Part shown: positions 26,329 to 36,517 of the stretch, piece after piece
Layout of the letters: each line of letters starts with the position of its first letter
Numbering within the stretch: position 1 is the stretch's first letter
NCBI GenBank assembly: GCA_026396515.1
Contig: JAPLWQ010000001.1
Coordinates: 64,564 to 128,563 of the forward strand
Source: Candidatus Magasanikiibacteriota bacterium
GTDB lineage: Bacteria; Patescibacteriota; Patescibacteriia; Magasanikbacterales; GWA2-37-8
Length of the DNA stretch: 64,000 bases
Direction: 5' to 3'
The notes under the pieces: model-generated
The model's input: the letters and a program-made list of their open reading frames with translations, nothing else
What the model was told of the DNA's origin: nothing
Database searches by the model: none
Translations under genes and position numbers: made by a program

Positions 26329-27591
26329 ATGCATATGGAAAAACCACTTGCGATTTTAGAGCGCAGGTATCAGAGCATCAAAGAATTTAATGGCGACCGG
26401 CCTATACTGGTCGGCATTGCTGACTATGTTAGCTATGTTGGATCTCAGCCACGAATCAGGGAAATTATCGATGAAATAATTAAACCGAAGGAACTGTTAG
26501 TACGACAGTTAGAGGAAATTGAAAAAAGGGCGGTTAAGGAACTCGACGACGTAAAGAACAGAATATTAAAAAAAATTCTTTCAGCTGGTATCACCAACGA
26601 ACCGGCCATTGAGAGTCGTCTCGTTGAGTATGATAAATGGAAAAAGGGAGACATCTACGGGACTCAATCGTTGTGCGAGGGTCTTGAAGAACAACTACAG
26701 GATATTATTCGGTATTTATGGGAAAGTAGCAGCCAATCATTGGTGGCTGAATACGCGGAGCCTTACAAGAGAGATCCAAAATATATTGATAAATATATTT
26801 TTAGCAACACGATGATCGAATGGCGTGCTAAAAAGAATGAGGTCTGTGACGAGCGAGTAACTGCATTGTGGGGTAATTGGGGTGACTTGCACAAAGTATG
26901 TTCCTTTATTTCTGATGGGGGTAGCCGTTTTGAGGATGTCTTTGATCACAATCTTTATGAGTCATTAAATTTTGGTGTTTACAGAAGCGATGAGTTTGAT
27001 TTAGATGGCAAAACGCATTTAAGTGCTCGAGAAATTTTTAAGCCTTCAGTACTGAATAAGGAACGGCTTCTAATGAGTTTGAGCAGAATCCACCTTTATT
27101 TTGTTGAGCAGTTAGATATCGTGCGGCCCCTCGGAAAAGAGAACACTATTTCCAGTATAGGATTGCCTCCGGGGACAGAGCTAAAGGACATGACGGTAAA
27201 GATAATTAATTCATTTGATTTTGAAGTGTGGTTAAGAAATACACTTTTTGGCAAATATACTTTCAAGCATCTTGGTTGTGTTAAAAAAAATACGAAAGAT
27301 GAAAAGCCTGATGAGCAGTGGTCGTTTTTAAAAGATCTTTCTCTTGCGAATGGAGTTTATGACTATAGAAATATTCAAAGGACTCCGAGTAAAATTGAAC
27401 GACTGCGACAAAAAAAGAAAAAATTATCATCAAGATTAATGAAATTTTTCGGCCTAGAGGAGATGTCGATAATAGAGGAAGATATGGCTTATAAAACAGT
27501 CTTTAAATTGGAACCCGAACCGATTCTCAGGGGCGATGGTGAAATTTATGGCCTCCGGGGAGGGGGTAGAGAGCTCTTGAGGCCGGTTTAA
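26329..27591 (+). CDS. hypothetical protein (420 aa)
   Basis: ORF; no recognised motif. Confidence 0.45.
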   Translation: MHMEKPLAILERRYQSIKEFNGDRPILVGIADYVSYVGSQPRIREIIDEIIKPKELLVRQLEEIEKRAVKELDDVKNRILKKILSAGITNEPAIESRLVEYDKWKKGDIYGTQSLCEGLEEQLQDIIRYLWESSSQSLVAEYAEPYKRDPKYIDKYIFSNTMIEWRAKKNEVCDERVTALWGNWGDLHKVCSFISDGGSRFEDVFDHNLYESLNFGVYRSDEFDLDGKTHLSAREIFKPSVLNKERLLMSLSRIHLYFVEQLDIVRPLGKENTISSIGLPPGTELKDMTVKIINSFDFEVWLRNTLFGKYTFKHLGCVKKNTKDEKPDEQWSFLKDLSLANGVYDYRNIQRTPSKIERLRQKKKKLSSRLMKFFGLEEMSIIEEDMAYKTVFKLEPEPILRGDGEIYGLRGGGRELLRPV

Positions 27592-27710
27592 TGAATTTTC
27601 ACAACAGATTTAAGTTAGCATTTTTTTAGGAAGTGCCCAAAATAGGGCATTTTTTTATTTTTTATGAATTTTCACAACATAGGGTAGAGGATTTAATTAT
27701 TTAACAGTAA

Positions 27711-27959
27711 ATGAATATGAGATATTTGCCATTATACCGACTCCGGGACTTTGACCGAGCGGTAATACTATATGCCAGTGGTGCCATTCTAAACGGCCTT
27801 GAATGGGATGACTTGAAAAGGGAGGCACAGTTTGTCTTTGAAGACGAACCTTTTTGCCTGTCGGTATTGCGGAAACACGACGAATATAGATTGAAGATTG
27901 ACTCGCATAAATGGATAGAGGCTCGGAGAGAAATCAACTCCGCTCTTTATAACAGATAA
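27711..27959 (+). CDS. hypothetical small protein (82 aa)
   Basis: ORF; the antisense ORF 27701..27937 is rejected. Confidence 0.3.
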   Translation: MNMRYLPLYRLRDFDRAVILYASGAILNGLEWDDLKREAQFVFEDEPFCLSVLRKHDEYRLKIDSHKWIEARREINSALYNR

Positions 27960-27978
27960 TTAATTTGTGAAAATTGAT

Positions 27979-29349
27979 ATGAAAAAAAACAGCAAACAAT
28001 TCAGCTCGCTGGTTAAGATGGAAGGCAGTCTCTGGGAGATGGTTTATGACCAGCAGGAGAAGACGACGGCCTTTGTCGGCTTGGAAAACGGAGCGATACA
28101 GATAAGGCAGAATATTGAAGAGACACATCCCTTCCCTCCGGGAAATGGTCTGCTCACGAGTAATACAGTTTTGTTCCCGAGCAAAGCTGAGTCGTTTGGG
28201 AGCGAGGATAAACTAATCGGCGATATCCGGGCATTTATCCATAAATATCTGGAAGTCGGCGATTTTATGGAAAAAGTCAGTCCTTTTTACGTGCTCTTTA
28301 CTTGGACGTATGACAGTTTCAACGAACTTCCGTATCTGAGGGCAATAGCCGACTATGGTTGTGGGAAAAGCCGCTTCCTTAAGGTAATCGGCTCGGTTTG
28401 CTATAAACCATCGTTTATCGGCGGCGCGACTAATGCAGCCCCCATTTTTCGCATTATAGACCAGTTCAATGGCACACTAATCATAGATGAGGCTGATTTG
28501 AGGTTTAGTGATACAACTACGGAAATAGTCAAAATCCTGAATAACGGCTTCCAGAGTGGAATGCCGGTCTTACGTTGTGCGAACAGCGAGAAAAACCACG
28601 AGGTCGAACCTTATAATGTCTTCGGTCCCAAAATCGTGGCCACCCGGGAGAGATATCAAGATAAAGCGCTGGAGAGCCGGTTTATCGTTGAGCAGATGGA
28701 TGGGAAGCTGACCCGGTCAGACATTTCAAAGAATATTAGTGACGAATTTTCCCAGGAGGCGTTGGCTATCCGGAATAAGTGTCTAATGTGGCGGTTACAG
28801 AACTATGGAACGAAAAAATTGGATATTAGCTTCAATAACCTGCCGGTTGAACCCAGACTGATTCAGGTGATAGCGCCGCTTCTCAGTATCATCAACGACG
28901 AGGCAACAAAAAACGATTTGGTTGAGTATATCAAAAAATACAACCAGGAATTAATTATTGACCGTGGGCTGAGCTTCGAAGCCCCGATATTGCGAACGAT
29001 TATGAATCTAATCGCGAATGGTGAGGCGACGATTACAATGGATAATATCGCCAAGACCTATAATTACGGATTAGTCAAGGGTGAAAAGGAACTCAGCGCT
29101 AGAAAGGTAGGACAAATTGTTCGTGAAAAATTTGGTTTCCGGACCGAACGGCGGAATGTCGGCTACGTTGTTGATATGGCTAGCTATGAGAAAAATATTG
29201 CTCGTTTGTGTAAAAAATATGACCTGGATAATGAAGGAGTGAACTTTGTGAACGATACGGGGGTAAAGGAAGAGGGTGACCTTCACCAGGAATTAAAGAA
29301 TTTGGGGCTGATATCAGACGAAGAAGAAATTAAGAAATTACCTTTTTAA
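27979..29349 (+). CDS. P-loop NTPase, phage/plasmid primase-C-terminal-like
   Basis: Walker A DYGCGKSRF and Walker B LIIDEADL. An alternative GTG start at 27967 was used by the track. Confidence 0.5.
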   Translation: MKKNSKQFSSLVKMEGSLWEMVYDQQEKTTAFVGLENGAIQIRQNIEETHPFPPGNGLLTSNTVLFPSKAESFGSEDKLIGDIRAFIHKYLEVGDFMEKVSPFYVLFTWTYDSFNELPYLRAIADYGCGKSRFLKVIGSVCYKPSFIGGATNAAPIFRIIDQFNGTLIIDEADLRFSDTTTEIVKILNNGFQSGMPVLRCANSEKNHEVEPYNVFGPKIVATRERYQDKALESRFIVEQMDGKLTRSDISKNISDEFSQEALAIRNKCLMWRLQNYGTKKLDISFNNLPVEPRLIQVIAPLLSIINDEATKNDLVEYIKKYNQELIIDRGLSFEAPILRTIMNLIANGEATITMDNIAKTYNYGLVKGEKELSARKVGQIVREKFGFRTERRNVGYVVDMASYEKNIARLCKKYDLDNEGVNFVNDTGVKEEGDLHQELKNLGLISDEEEIKKLPF

Positions 29350-29358
29350 TACTTTCAT

Positions 29359-29982
29359 ATGGCAAATACAGAATCTAGCAACCAGTTGGCCGGGCTGAAC
29401 GACCAAAATTTTAGTCAAGCCCGGAAGGCGATCAAGAATGCGCTTGTAAGCACGTGCGACCCGAAACATATTTTAAAGAAATTTGACGAGTTGTTGGTAG
29501 CAAGTCGGGCCGAGAAGGATGAAAAGAAGTTTAAAGTGCTTGTCGCGCAAATAGATGATATGCAACGCGACGCCCTGGCTGTTCTGGGGTTAGAAAATCA
29601 TTATCCTATTGTAGAAACAATAACCGACAATAGGCCCCTAATAATTGAATTGGCAAATCAGTTAACAGAAGAATTTGGTTGCCTGACAGCCAGCGAAAAG
29701 GCCTTGGTCCATCTTGTCGCCGGAGCATATGGCCGGATTATTGAGTATTCTAAATTGTTCAATAACTGCAGGAGGATAGACGATCTGACAAAGGAAAAAA
29801 TTGGCTATTACTCGATGATCAGCAAGGAGTTAGATAGAGCAGAGCGGCATTTTGTAACCGCCTTAGTAACGCTGAGGCAATTTAAGGAACCGGCTTTGAA
29901 AGTGAATATCAAGACAAATAACGCCTTCATAGCTCAGAATCAGCAGTTAAATTCCAATACCAATGAAAACAATCAACCATAA
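29359..29982 (+). CDS. hypothetical protein (207 aa)
   Basis: ORF. Confidence 0.4.
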   Translation: MANTESSNQLAGLNDQNFSQARKAIKNALVSTCDPKHILKKFDELLVASRAEKDEKKFKVLVAQIDDMQRDALAVLGLENHYPIVETITDNRPLIIELANQLTEEFGCLTASEKALVHLVAGAYGRIIEYSKLFNNCRRIDDLTKEKIGYYSMISKELDRAERHFVTALVTLRQFKEPALKVNIKTNNAFIAQNQQLNSNTNENNQP

Positions 29983-30292
29983 CAATTCAGGTAAAAAATA
30001 TTTCGTTGAGGGTTGCCAAAAAATACACGTTGATGTGATTGTCCGGGAGGCCAGAAGGAACGTTGTGCCCTATCTTATTCAGGAATCGGCGGAAATTAAC
30101 GGCGTTCAAATTCTCTTGACCGGCAAACCGTTGCGCCACGGCGGGAAACGTTTGTGGTTTGTATGCCCGCTCTGTGGGCTGGCCGTTGGAGTTATTTACA
30201 AACACCCGGTTAGTCGTGTTGTGGGGTGCCGACACTGCCTAAATCTTGAATACAGGTGTAGGGCTCGCAAGGGGATGGCTGAGAAGAACTAG
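29963..30292 (+). CDS. zinc-ribbon protein (CPLCG ... CRHC)
   Basis: Two CxxC pairs; overlaps the upstream gene by 20 nt. Confidence 0.35.
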   Translation: MKTINHNNSGKKYFVEGCQKIHVDVIVREARRNVVPYLIQESAEINGVQILLTGKPLRHGGKRLWFVCPLCGLAVGVIYKHPVSRVVGCRHCLNLEYRCRARKGMAEKN

Positions 30293-30627
30293 TATTTAGA
30301 CAACATGATTACCTTGTCAAAATTTAAGGAATTATTGGGAGAGGAAGCTCGGGGTCTAACTGACAAGGAAGTTGAACACATTAAGGATGCTCAATATCAG
30401 TTTGCGAAGTTGGCTTTTGGGCGGTGGTTAAGGGACGGGAGAAGGAAACCGGGGGGGGGTTGAAAAAGTGAGATAAGTATGGTATTATATATACGAACCC
30501 AACAATCTACCAAGATTTTTTTGTGCCAAAATAGTCATATTTTGACATAGAAGGGGCGGTTATCGCTTCAGCTATCATCTTGGTAGTTGGGTTCAAAGCG
30601 AAATAACCGCCCCTTTTTATTTAAAAT

Positions 30628-32163
30628 ATGGAAACACAATTTAAAAAAGGAATAATTTATTATCGGGTGTCTACCGAAGATCAAGCCCAATTTGGCGTTT
30701 CTTTGGAACAGCAAAAAAAGAATTGTTTAAGTTATGCCGAATCTAACCATATTGAAGTCGTAAAAATGTTCCATGATGATGGCGTTTCGGCCAAGACCAC
30801 GGACCGGCCGAGTCTGCAGGAAATGATTGAATATTGTAGCCAAAAGAGCAACGCTATTGACTGTGTTATTGTGTATAAAATTGACCGCCTTACGCGTAAT
30901 GTTAATGACTATACCAATATCCTGTTTTTATTGAACAAGCTCGGTATAAGGCTAATTTCAACGACTGAGGCCATTGATAGCACCCCTATCGGTAAATTCA
31001 TTGGCAATGTAATGGCGGCGAATGCTCAGTTGGATAATGATATTAAGAGTCAGAGGGTGTCTGCCTGTATGCTGGAGAAAATTGAACAGGGTCACTGGTG
31101 TTTTAAAGCTCCATTAGGTTATCTAAATTCTCGTAGCGAAATAAACAAGAAAATTATTATCTTAGATGAGAAGCGTGCACCGGTGATAAAGTGGGCATTT
31201 GAAGAATATGCGACCGGGCTGCATACCCTAGAAGAGATAAGACAAAAGGTAAACGGGAGAGGATTAATTGGTTGGAAGGGAAAGGAGGTGTCATCTCAAT
31301 TGATAAGTAAAATAATCACAAATAAATTTTATATCGGCCTAATGACCATTAATGGTAAGGAGTATGAACACTCACATGATAAATTGGTTGAAAAGGAAAT
31401 ATTTAATAAATGCCAGAATATCTTAAAGGGCAGAACAAGGGGTGAAAATATCTCAAGAAGCCAAGCTAAAGAGCTATTCCCACTCAGGCATTTTGTTATC
31501 TGCGCTTATTGCGGGCGACCTTTGACTGCCTATATTTCTACTGGTAGGTGGGGAGGAAAATACCCATACTATCGCTGTTACAGCAAAAATTGCCCATCCA
31601 AAAAATCCATTGCTAAGAATAAAATTGAAACCGATTTTAAGAATTATCTGGAAACTATTATTCCCAAGGATAGTTTTCTCAAAGCTTTTAAAGCCACAAT
31701 TCTTGATGTCTGGAAGGACGAGTATAAGAACCTTAATCAAGATAGGCAGAACAAAATAAAGCGGATAGAGGAGTTGAAAGAAGAAAAACTGAAACTAATC
31801 GATATGAAAAAGCGGGATCTATTGCCGGATGAAGATTTCAAGGAAGCTTTTGATAAATTAAAAAGTGAAATTGATGTTAGAGAAGGGGATTTGAGTGAAG
31901 TTAAATTAGAGGAGTTCAATATTGATGAGGCGGTTGACTACGTTTTTGATTTTATTAGAACCCTTCCGGAATACTGGGAGCATGCCACTTTTGAACAGCA
32001 AATAAAGGTTCAGGGTTTGATTTTCGCTGAAAAGCCGGTTTATGACTATATTAAATTTCAAACCCCAAAATTATCGCCAATCTTACAAATAAAAAAGGAC
32101 TTGGCGTTAACCAATTCCTCTTTGGTAGCCCCAACGGGAATCGAACCCGTGTTACCTCATTGA
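30628..32163 (+). CDS. large serine recombinase (resolvase domain, recombinase domain and zinc ribbon)
   Basis: N-terminal YYRVSTEDQ catalytic-serine motif; resolvase-fold residues; CAYCGRPL...YYRCYSKNC zinc ribbon; coiled coil. The 3' end of the ORF (32123..32163) overlaps tRNA-Glu, so the true stop may be earlier. Confidence 0.8.
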   Translation: METQFKKGIIYYRVSTEDQAQFGVSLEQQKKNCLSYAESNHIEVVKMFHDDGVSAKTTDRPSLQEMIEYCSQKSNAIDCVIVYKIDRLTRNVNDYTNILFLLNKLGIRLISTTEAIDSTPIGKFIGNVMAANAQLDNDIKSQRVSACMLEKIEQGHWCFKAPLGYLNSRSEINKKIIILDEKRAPVIKWAFEEYATGLHTLEEIRQKVNGRGLIGWKGKEVSSQLISKIITNKFYIGLMTINGKEYEHSHDKLVEKEIFNKCQNILKGRTRGENISRSQAKELFPLRHFVICAYCGRPLTAYISTGRWGGKYPYYRCYSKNCPSKKSIAKNKIETDFKNYLETIIPKDSFLKAFKATILDVWKDEYKNLNQDRQNKIKRIEELKEEKLKLIDMKKRDLLPDEDFKEAFDKLKSEIDVREGDLSEVKLEEFNIDEAVDYVFDFIRTLPEYWEHATFEQQIKVQGLIFAEKPVYDYIKFQTPKLSPILQIKKDLALTNSSLVAPTGIEPVLPH

Positions 32164-32197
32164 AAGCGAGGTGTCCTAACCACTAGACGATGGGGCC
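32123..32197 (-). tRNA. tRNA-Glu (anticodon TTC), CCA encoded
   Basis: Reverse complement GGCCCCAUCGUCUAGUGGUUAGGACACCUCGCUUUCAAUGAGGUAACACGGGUUCGAUUCCCGUUGGGGCUACCA: acceptor 7 bp, anticodon loop CUUUCAA, T-arm CGGG-UUCGAUU-CCCG. Confidence 0.85.
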
Positions 32198-32308
32198 AAA
32201 TGACGCTCCATATTATACACTTTTTTTTAAAAAAGTCAATTGTTGTGGCGTAGTTTTAAATGTTAAAAGCGGCAGGGATCTGCCGCTTCAGGAAGGAGCG
32301 TTCGTTGA

Positions 32309-32728
32309 TTATTTGGGGGCGGATTTTTTCTTGCGGTACTTCACATCCAGGATGTGTTTGAGCTGCTGTTCGGCCGACATGACGACCGGGTCGTCTTTGG
32401 GTTTGGGTTTGTTCTCTTGGCGCCTCGGCATGCGCGCGAATGGCCACGCGCGGATCGTCTCGGCTGTGCTGGGGCGCGTGTACACCGTGAAGGAAATGTT
32501 CGGGTCGTTCAGGGTCGCTTTCTCCATCTCGTGGATGAACTCCCTGGGCACTTCCCAGACCTGGTGAGGGTTACCGCACTCGTCCGGAATGGATGAGTAG
32601 CAGTTCTCGGATTGTTTTCCGATGCCTGTCAGGTATTCGGCGACAAATTTATTGGTATAGGAGCTAACCTCCACATACCAGTACGCCTTGACGTTGCTGT
32701 GCCCTCTATTTTTTTTCTGTTTTTTCAT
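32309..32728 (-). CDS. hypothetical protein (139 aa), high GC
   Basis: ORF; the antisense + ORFs are rejected. Confidence 0.35.
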   Translation of the reverse strand: MKKQKKNRGHSNVKAYWYVEVSSYTNKFVAEYLTGIGKQSENCYSSIPDECGNPHQVWEVPREFIHEMEKATLNDPNISFTVYTRPSTAETIRAWPFARMPRRQENKPKPKDDPVVMSAEQQLKHILDVKYRKKKSAPK

Positions 32729-32740
32729 GCGCGTTGCCTC

Positions 32741-33238
32741 CTATCGGTAAACTTCTTTGTATTTTCGTTCGGCCACACCGCCTTCGCTTCCACCGTTCGC
32801 GTGCTGGCGCATCATCTCAGAAGCAATTCGTTTCAGAATAATTTGGTTTTCTTCTGCCGCATTGAAAACCAGAAGCCACTCGCGGAAGCTCACGGCGTGC
32901 GAGGCCATCATCAAAATGGAAAGCCGATCTTCGAAAGTGTTGAACCGCGCGGTGTGATGAAGCTTTTGCCAGCCACCGAAATCGGAGGGAGGGTCTTTAA
33001 TAGAACCGAGAAATTTCCGGACATGCGGAGTAAGCTCCGCGCGCCGACCTTCCGGCAAGTAGGCCCAAAGCAAGGACACGTCCTCGACGGAAAGCATCTC
33101 ATCCGGAACCGGGTCGCCATCCAAAATGTCTTGGACGTATTGTCCCACGCAGATGACCGTGAGTAGGTCTTCGTTGATGATCTTCAAGATTTTTGGATCC
33201 TGAGAAAAAAACAATTTTTCTCGGTTTTCTTCACCCAT
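32741..33238 (-). CDS. hypothetical protein (165 aa), high GC
   Basis: The start is set at MGEENREK, which has the SD aggggtgga. Confidence 0.4.
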   Translation of the reverse strand: MGEENREKLFFSQDPKILKIINEDLLTVICVGQYVQDILDGDPVPDEMLSVEDVSLLWAYLPEGRRAELTPHVRKFLGSIKDPPSDFGGWQKLHHTARFNTFEDRLSILMMASHAVSFREWLLVFNAAEENQIILKRIASEMMRQHANGGSEGGVAERKYKEVYR

Positions 33239-33450
33239 ATTTTCCACCCCTTTTGGTTTTGTTGTTAGAGAACTGCTGGTATGTAAGCACAAACGGCCTA
33301 TAATGTCAATCCCAGTAGTAGAACTCGCTATGCTCGTTCACTACGAGACGAGCCCGGCAGAATGCCTTTGGTCTCTACCGGGCGGGCTCATTTAAACTAA
33401 AAAATCCCTCACGAGTACTCGTGAGGGATTTTTTCGCTTTTTTGTCTCAA

Positions 33451-33732
33451 TTACGATGCTTTCAGAGCATCCTTTAACGCCTTACCGGCTTTAAATTTCG
33501 GAACTTTTACGGCCGGGATGTTAATCTTTTCCGTAGGTCTTTGCGGATTGACGCCGACGCGGGCGGCACGCTGTTTGACGCTGAAAGCGCCAAAACCGGT
33601 CAAAACGACCTCTTCGCCTTTTTGCAAAGTGGTAGTAATAACATCAACCATGGTGTTAACTATGTCTTCTGTTTCTCTTTTTGAGAGATTCATTTTCTCC
33701 GCTAATACCTGGGCTAATTCTGCTTTGTTCAT
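33451..33732 (-). CDS. HU/IHF family DNA-binding protein (second copy)
   Basis: MNKAELAQVLAEKMNLSKRETEDIV ... GFGAFSVKQRAARVGVNPQRPTEKINIPAVKVPKFKAGKALKDAL. Confidence 0.75.
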   Translation of the reverse strand: MNKAELAQVLAEKMNLSKRETEDIVNTMVDVITTTLQKGEEVVLTGFGAFSVKQRAARVGVNPQRPTEKINIPAVKVPKFKAGKALKDALKAS

Positions 33733-33907
33733 AGTGTCACCCCCTTTCTATGTAAGTTATTATTTTGATGCCACAATTATATCATACCGCTGTTTTTTTG
33801 GCTACAAATAGGCAAAATTGTTATCCACAGCGCTAAGCGCTGTGATTGGGACGCTAAGCGTCCCACAGAGTCAATTAAAAAACCCGCATTTCTGCGGGCT
33901 TTTTAAA

Positions 33908-35440
33908 TTATTTTGCGTATTCTATTACTCTTGTTTCGCGTATCAGCGTGATTTTTATTTCACCGGGATACTGCAATTCCTGTTCGATTTTTCTGGCGAT
34001 ATCTTTTGCCAGCTGATAAGCGGCATAGTCGTCAATTTCACTCGGCTTTACAAACACGCGCACTTCGCGTCCGGCTTGAATGGCATAAACTTTTTCAATA
34101 CCCGGAAATTCGCCGGCCGCTTTTTCAAGTTCTTCCAGGCGGGCGACAAATTGTTCATATGAATCTTTGCGCGCGCCAAAACGTGCGCCGGAGATTGCGT
34201 CAGCCGCTTTTACGATGGTGGCGTAAATATTGTATGGCTTGTCGAGATGATGAGTGAGAGCGGATTGTGCCAGGTCCTCGTCCATGTTGAATTTTTTGAG
34301 AATGGCATAACCGATTTCCGGATGCGACCCTTGTGTTTCCTGGTCAACCGATTTTCCAATGTCGTGGAAGAAGCCGCACTTTTTCGCTTTGGCGGCATCG
34401 AGCCCAAGTTCGGAAGCAATGATGCCGGCCAAGTAGCCGACTTCCATCGAATGGTTCAAAATATTTTGACCGTATGAAGTGCGGTATTTCAACCGGCCGA
34501 CAATGCCGACCAGTTTCGGATCAAGTCCGGTGATACTCATTTTGTAGAGCGCTTCTTCGCCGGCCTTTTTAATGTCCAGCGCCAAATCCTGTTTGGCTTT
34601 TTCCACAAACTCTTCAATACGCGCCGGCTGAATGCGTCCGTCTTCCATTAATTTTTCCAGCGCCAGTTTTGCCACTTGGCGGCGGATAGGTGAGAAGCCG
34701 GATACGGTAATTACTTCCGGTGTTTCGTCTATGATGAGCTCGCAACCGGTAAGTTTTTCAATTGCTTTGATGTTGCGTCCTTCCTTTCCGATAATGCGTC
34801 CTTTCATTTCATCACTCGGCAGAGATACTGCCGTGGAAGTGGTTTCAGCCGCGTGAGATGAAGCACAGCGCTGAATGGCAGTGGAAATTATTTCACGCGC
34901 TTTGTCTTCAAACGATTCGGATGATTCTTTTTCCAATTTCATGATCCGGCCCATCAGGTCGGTTTTACTGTCTTCCTCAACTTTCACCAGCAAAACATTT
35001 CTTGCTTCTTCGCGGGTCATTTCGGCAACGCTTTGGAGCTTCTTCATTTCCTGATCGTGCAGTTGCTCAATTTCAGTTTTGATTTTTGTGATGTGGTCGA
35101 TTTTTTCCTGGAGTTTTGTTTGTTTGTCCTGGAGCTCCAAAAGTTTCTGGTCAAACATGCTTTCTCTGCGGTCCAAACGCTGTCCGGCAGCCTGAAGATC
35201 CTGGCGCATTTTTCGCTCTTCGCGCTTGGCTTCCTCCATTATTTGTACCGCCTTTTCTTTAGCGTCGAGAACTGCTTCCTGATATTTTGTCTTTGCTTCA
35301 GAAAGAATTTTTTCCGCCTTTGCTTCGATAGAACTGGCCTTTGCTCTGGCAACTTTTTTGCGCCAGATATAGCCGATAGCGATACCGCCAACAAGCGCGG
35401 CGACGGCAATTGCTATCCAAATTATGATATTCATAAACAA
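33908..35440 (-). CDS. rny: ribonuclease Y
   Basis: N-terminal TM, long coiled coil, KH domain (GRIIGKEGRNIKAIE) and HD domain (HHDIGK). Confidence 0.85.
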   Translation of the reverse strand: MFMNIIIWIAIAVAALVGGIAIGYIWRKKVARAKASSIEAKAEKILSEAKTKYQEAVLDAKEKAVQIMEEAKREERKMRQDLQAAGQRLDRRESMFDQKLLELQDKQTKLQEKIDHITKIKTEIEQLHDQEMKKLQSVAEMTREEARNVLLVKVEEDSKTDLMGRIMKLEKESSESFEDKAREIISTAIQRCASSHAAETTSTAVSLPSDEMKGRIIGKEGRNIKAIEKLTGCELIIDETPEVITVSGFSPIRRQVAKLALEKLMEDGRIQPARIEEFVEKAKQDLALDIKKAGEEALYKMSITGLDPKLVGIVGRLKYRTSYGQNILNHSMEVGYLAGIIASELGLDAAKAKKCGFFHDIGKSVDQETQGSHPEIGYAILKKFNMDEDLAQSALTHHLDKPYNIYATIVKAADAISGARFGARKDSYEQFVARLEELEKAAGEFPGIEKVYAIQAGREVRVFVKPSEIDDYAAYQLAKDIARKIEQELQYPGEIKITLIRETRVIEYAK

Positions 35441-35704
35441 AAAACCTCAATGAAATTTGAGGCAATCGCATGATAATAGGGGATAAGCCCTATAACAGAA
35501 GAAATGGATTTGCTACGTAAAAAATTAGCCGGTTAATTTTCCGGTCGCGCTAAGCGAGTTTAGAGAATATATTTTTACGTAGAAGTCCGCGAACATAATT
35601 GGCGTTATTGATTTTCGAATCAGCCGAAATTATCGCTCGGTTAAGCCGTTTCTTCTTTGATGCAATTCCTCAAAGATCTTAAATTATTTAATGCCTATAT
35701 TGTA

Positions 35705-36400
35705 TCAGATTTTTGTTGATTTGTCAAATACGGCGGCCGGGCTTGCGTTTTCCACTTTGTATTCGCCGATTTTTGTCCGGCGCAATTCTGAACAATAACC
35801 GCCGACTCCCAGCGCATCGCCGATGTCGCGGGCAAGCGTGCGGATGTAGGTGCCGGCGGAACATTCCACTTCAATTTTTAGTTCCGGCCAGGCGTAATCA
35901 ATCAGTCGCGTATTATATATGATAATTTTCTGCGGTTGACGCTCAACTGTTTTTCCGGCGCGGGCTAATTTATACAGTCTTTGTCCGTCAATTTTTTTGG
36001 CCGAATACATCGGCGGAATTTGCGTTTGTTCGCCAATGAATTTTTTTAAAATTTTTTCAATTTTTTCTTTTGATATTTTCCTATTGTCTTCATTATATAT
36101 TGATGACGTAATTACGCCGGTTGGATCATCTGTATCCGATACGGCGCCAAGCTGTACTGTCGCCCGATATGTTTTCGGCAAATTTTTAAATTCGTCCAAT
36201 CGTTTGGTGGCGTCGCGCCCGATGCCGATAATTAATAACCCGGTGGCAAACGGGTCTAAAGTGCCGGCGTGTCCGACGCGGATATTTTTTATGCCTTGTT
36301 CTGCGCGCGCTTGTTTTCTAACGACATTTACCACATCAAAACTGGTCCAGCCAACAGGCTTATCAATTAGAATAAATTTTTCTTTTTCATCTTCTATCAT
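35705..36400 (-). CDS. truB: tRNA pseudouridine(55) synthase
   Basis: IDKPVGWTSFDVV ... GHAGTLDPFATGLL catalytic-Asp motif. Confidence 0.8.
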   Translation of the reverse strand: MIEDEKEKFILIDKPVGWTSFDVVNVVRKQARAEQGIKNIRVGHAGTLDPFATGLLIIGIGRDATKRLDEFKNLPKTYRATVQLGAVSDTDDPTGVITSSIYNEDNRKISKEKIEKILKKFIGEQTQIPPMYSAKKIDGQRLYKLARAGKTVERQPQKIIIYNTRLIDYAWPELKIEVECSAGTYIRTLARDIGDALGVGGYCSELRRTKIGEYKVENASPAAVFDKSTKI

Positions 36401-36517
36401 AATGTTTGAACTCTATCACTAATGCAAAAATGCTTCAAGAAAAAAACCGCCCCGGCGCAATGCCGGAGCGGGTTAAAAGTGGAATGGGGGAGAGGAAGGT
36501 GGGGTGAACCTCTCCCG

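Noticed and set aside
30496-30610. Partial tRNA-Glu 3'-end repeat (attL) inside the hairpin upstream of the recombinase
   Set aside because: Only ttggtag is shared with the tRNA 3' end. The rest (ttgggttcaaagcg versus ccccaacgggaatcg) does not match. It is kept as an unexplained inverted-repeat structure only.
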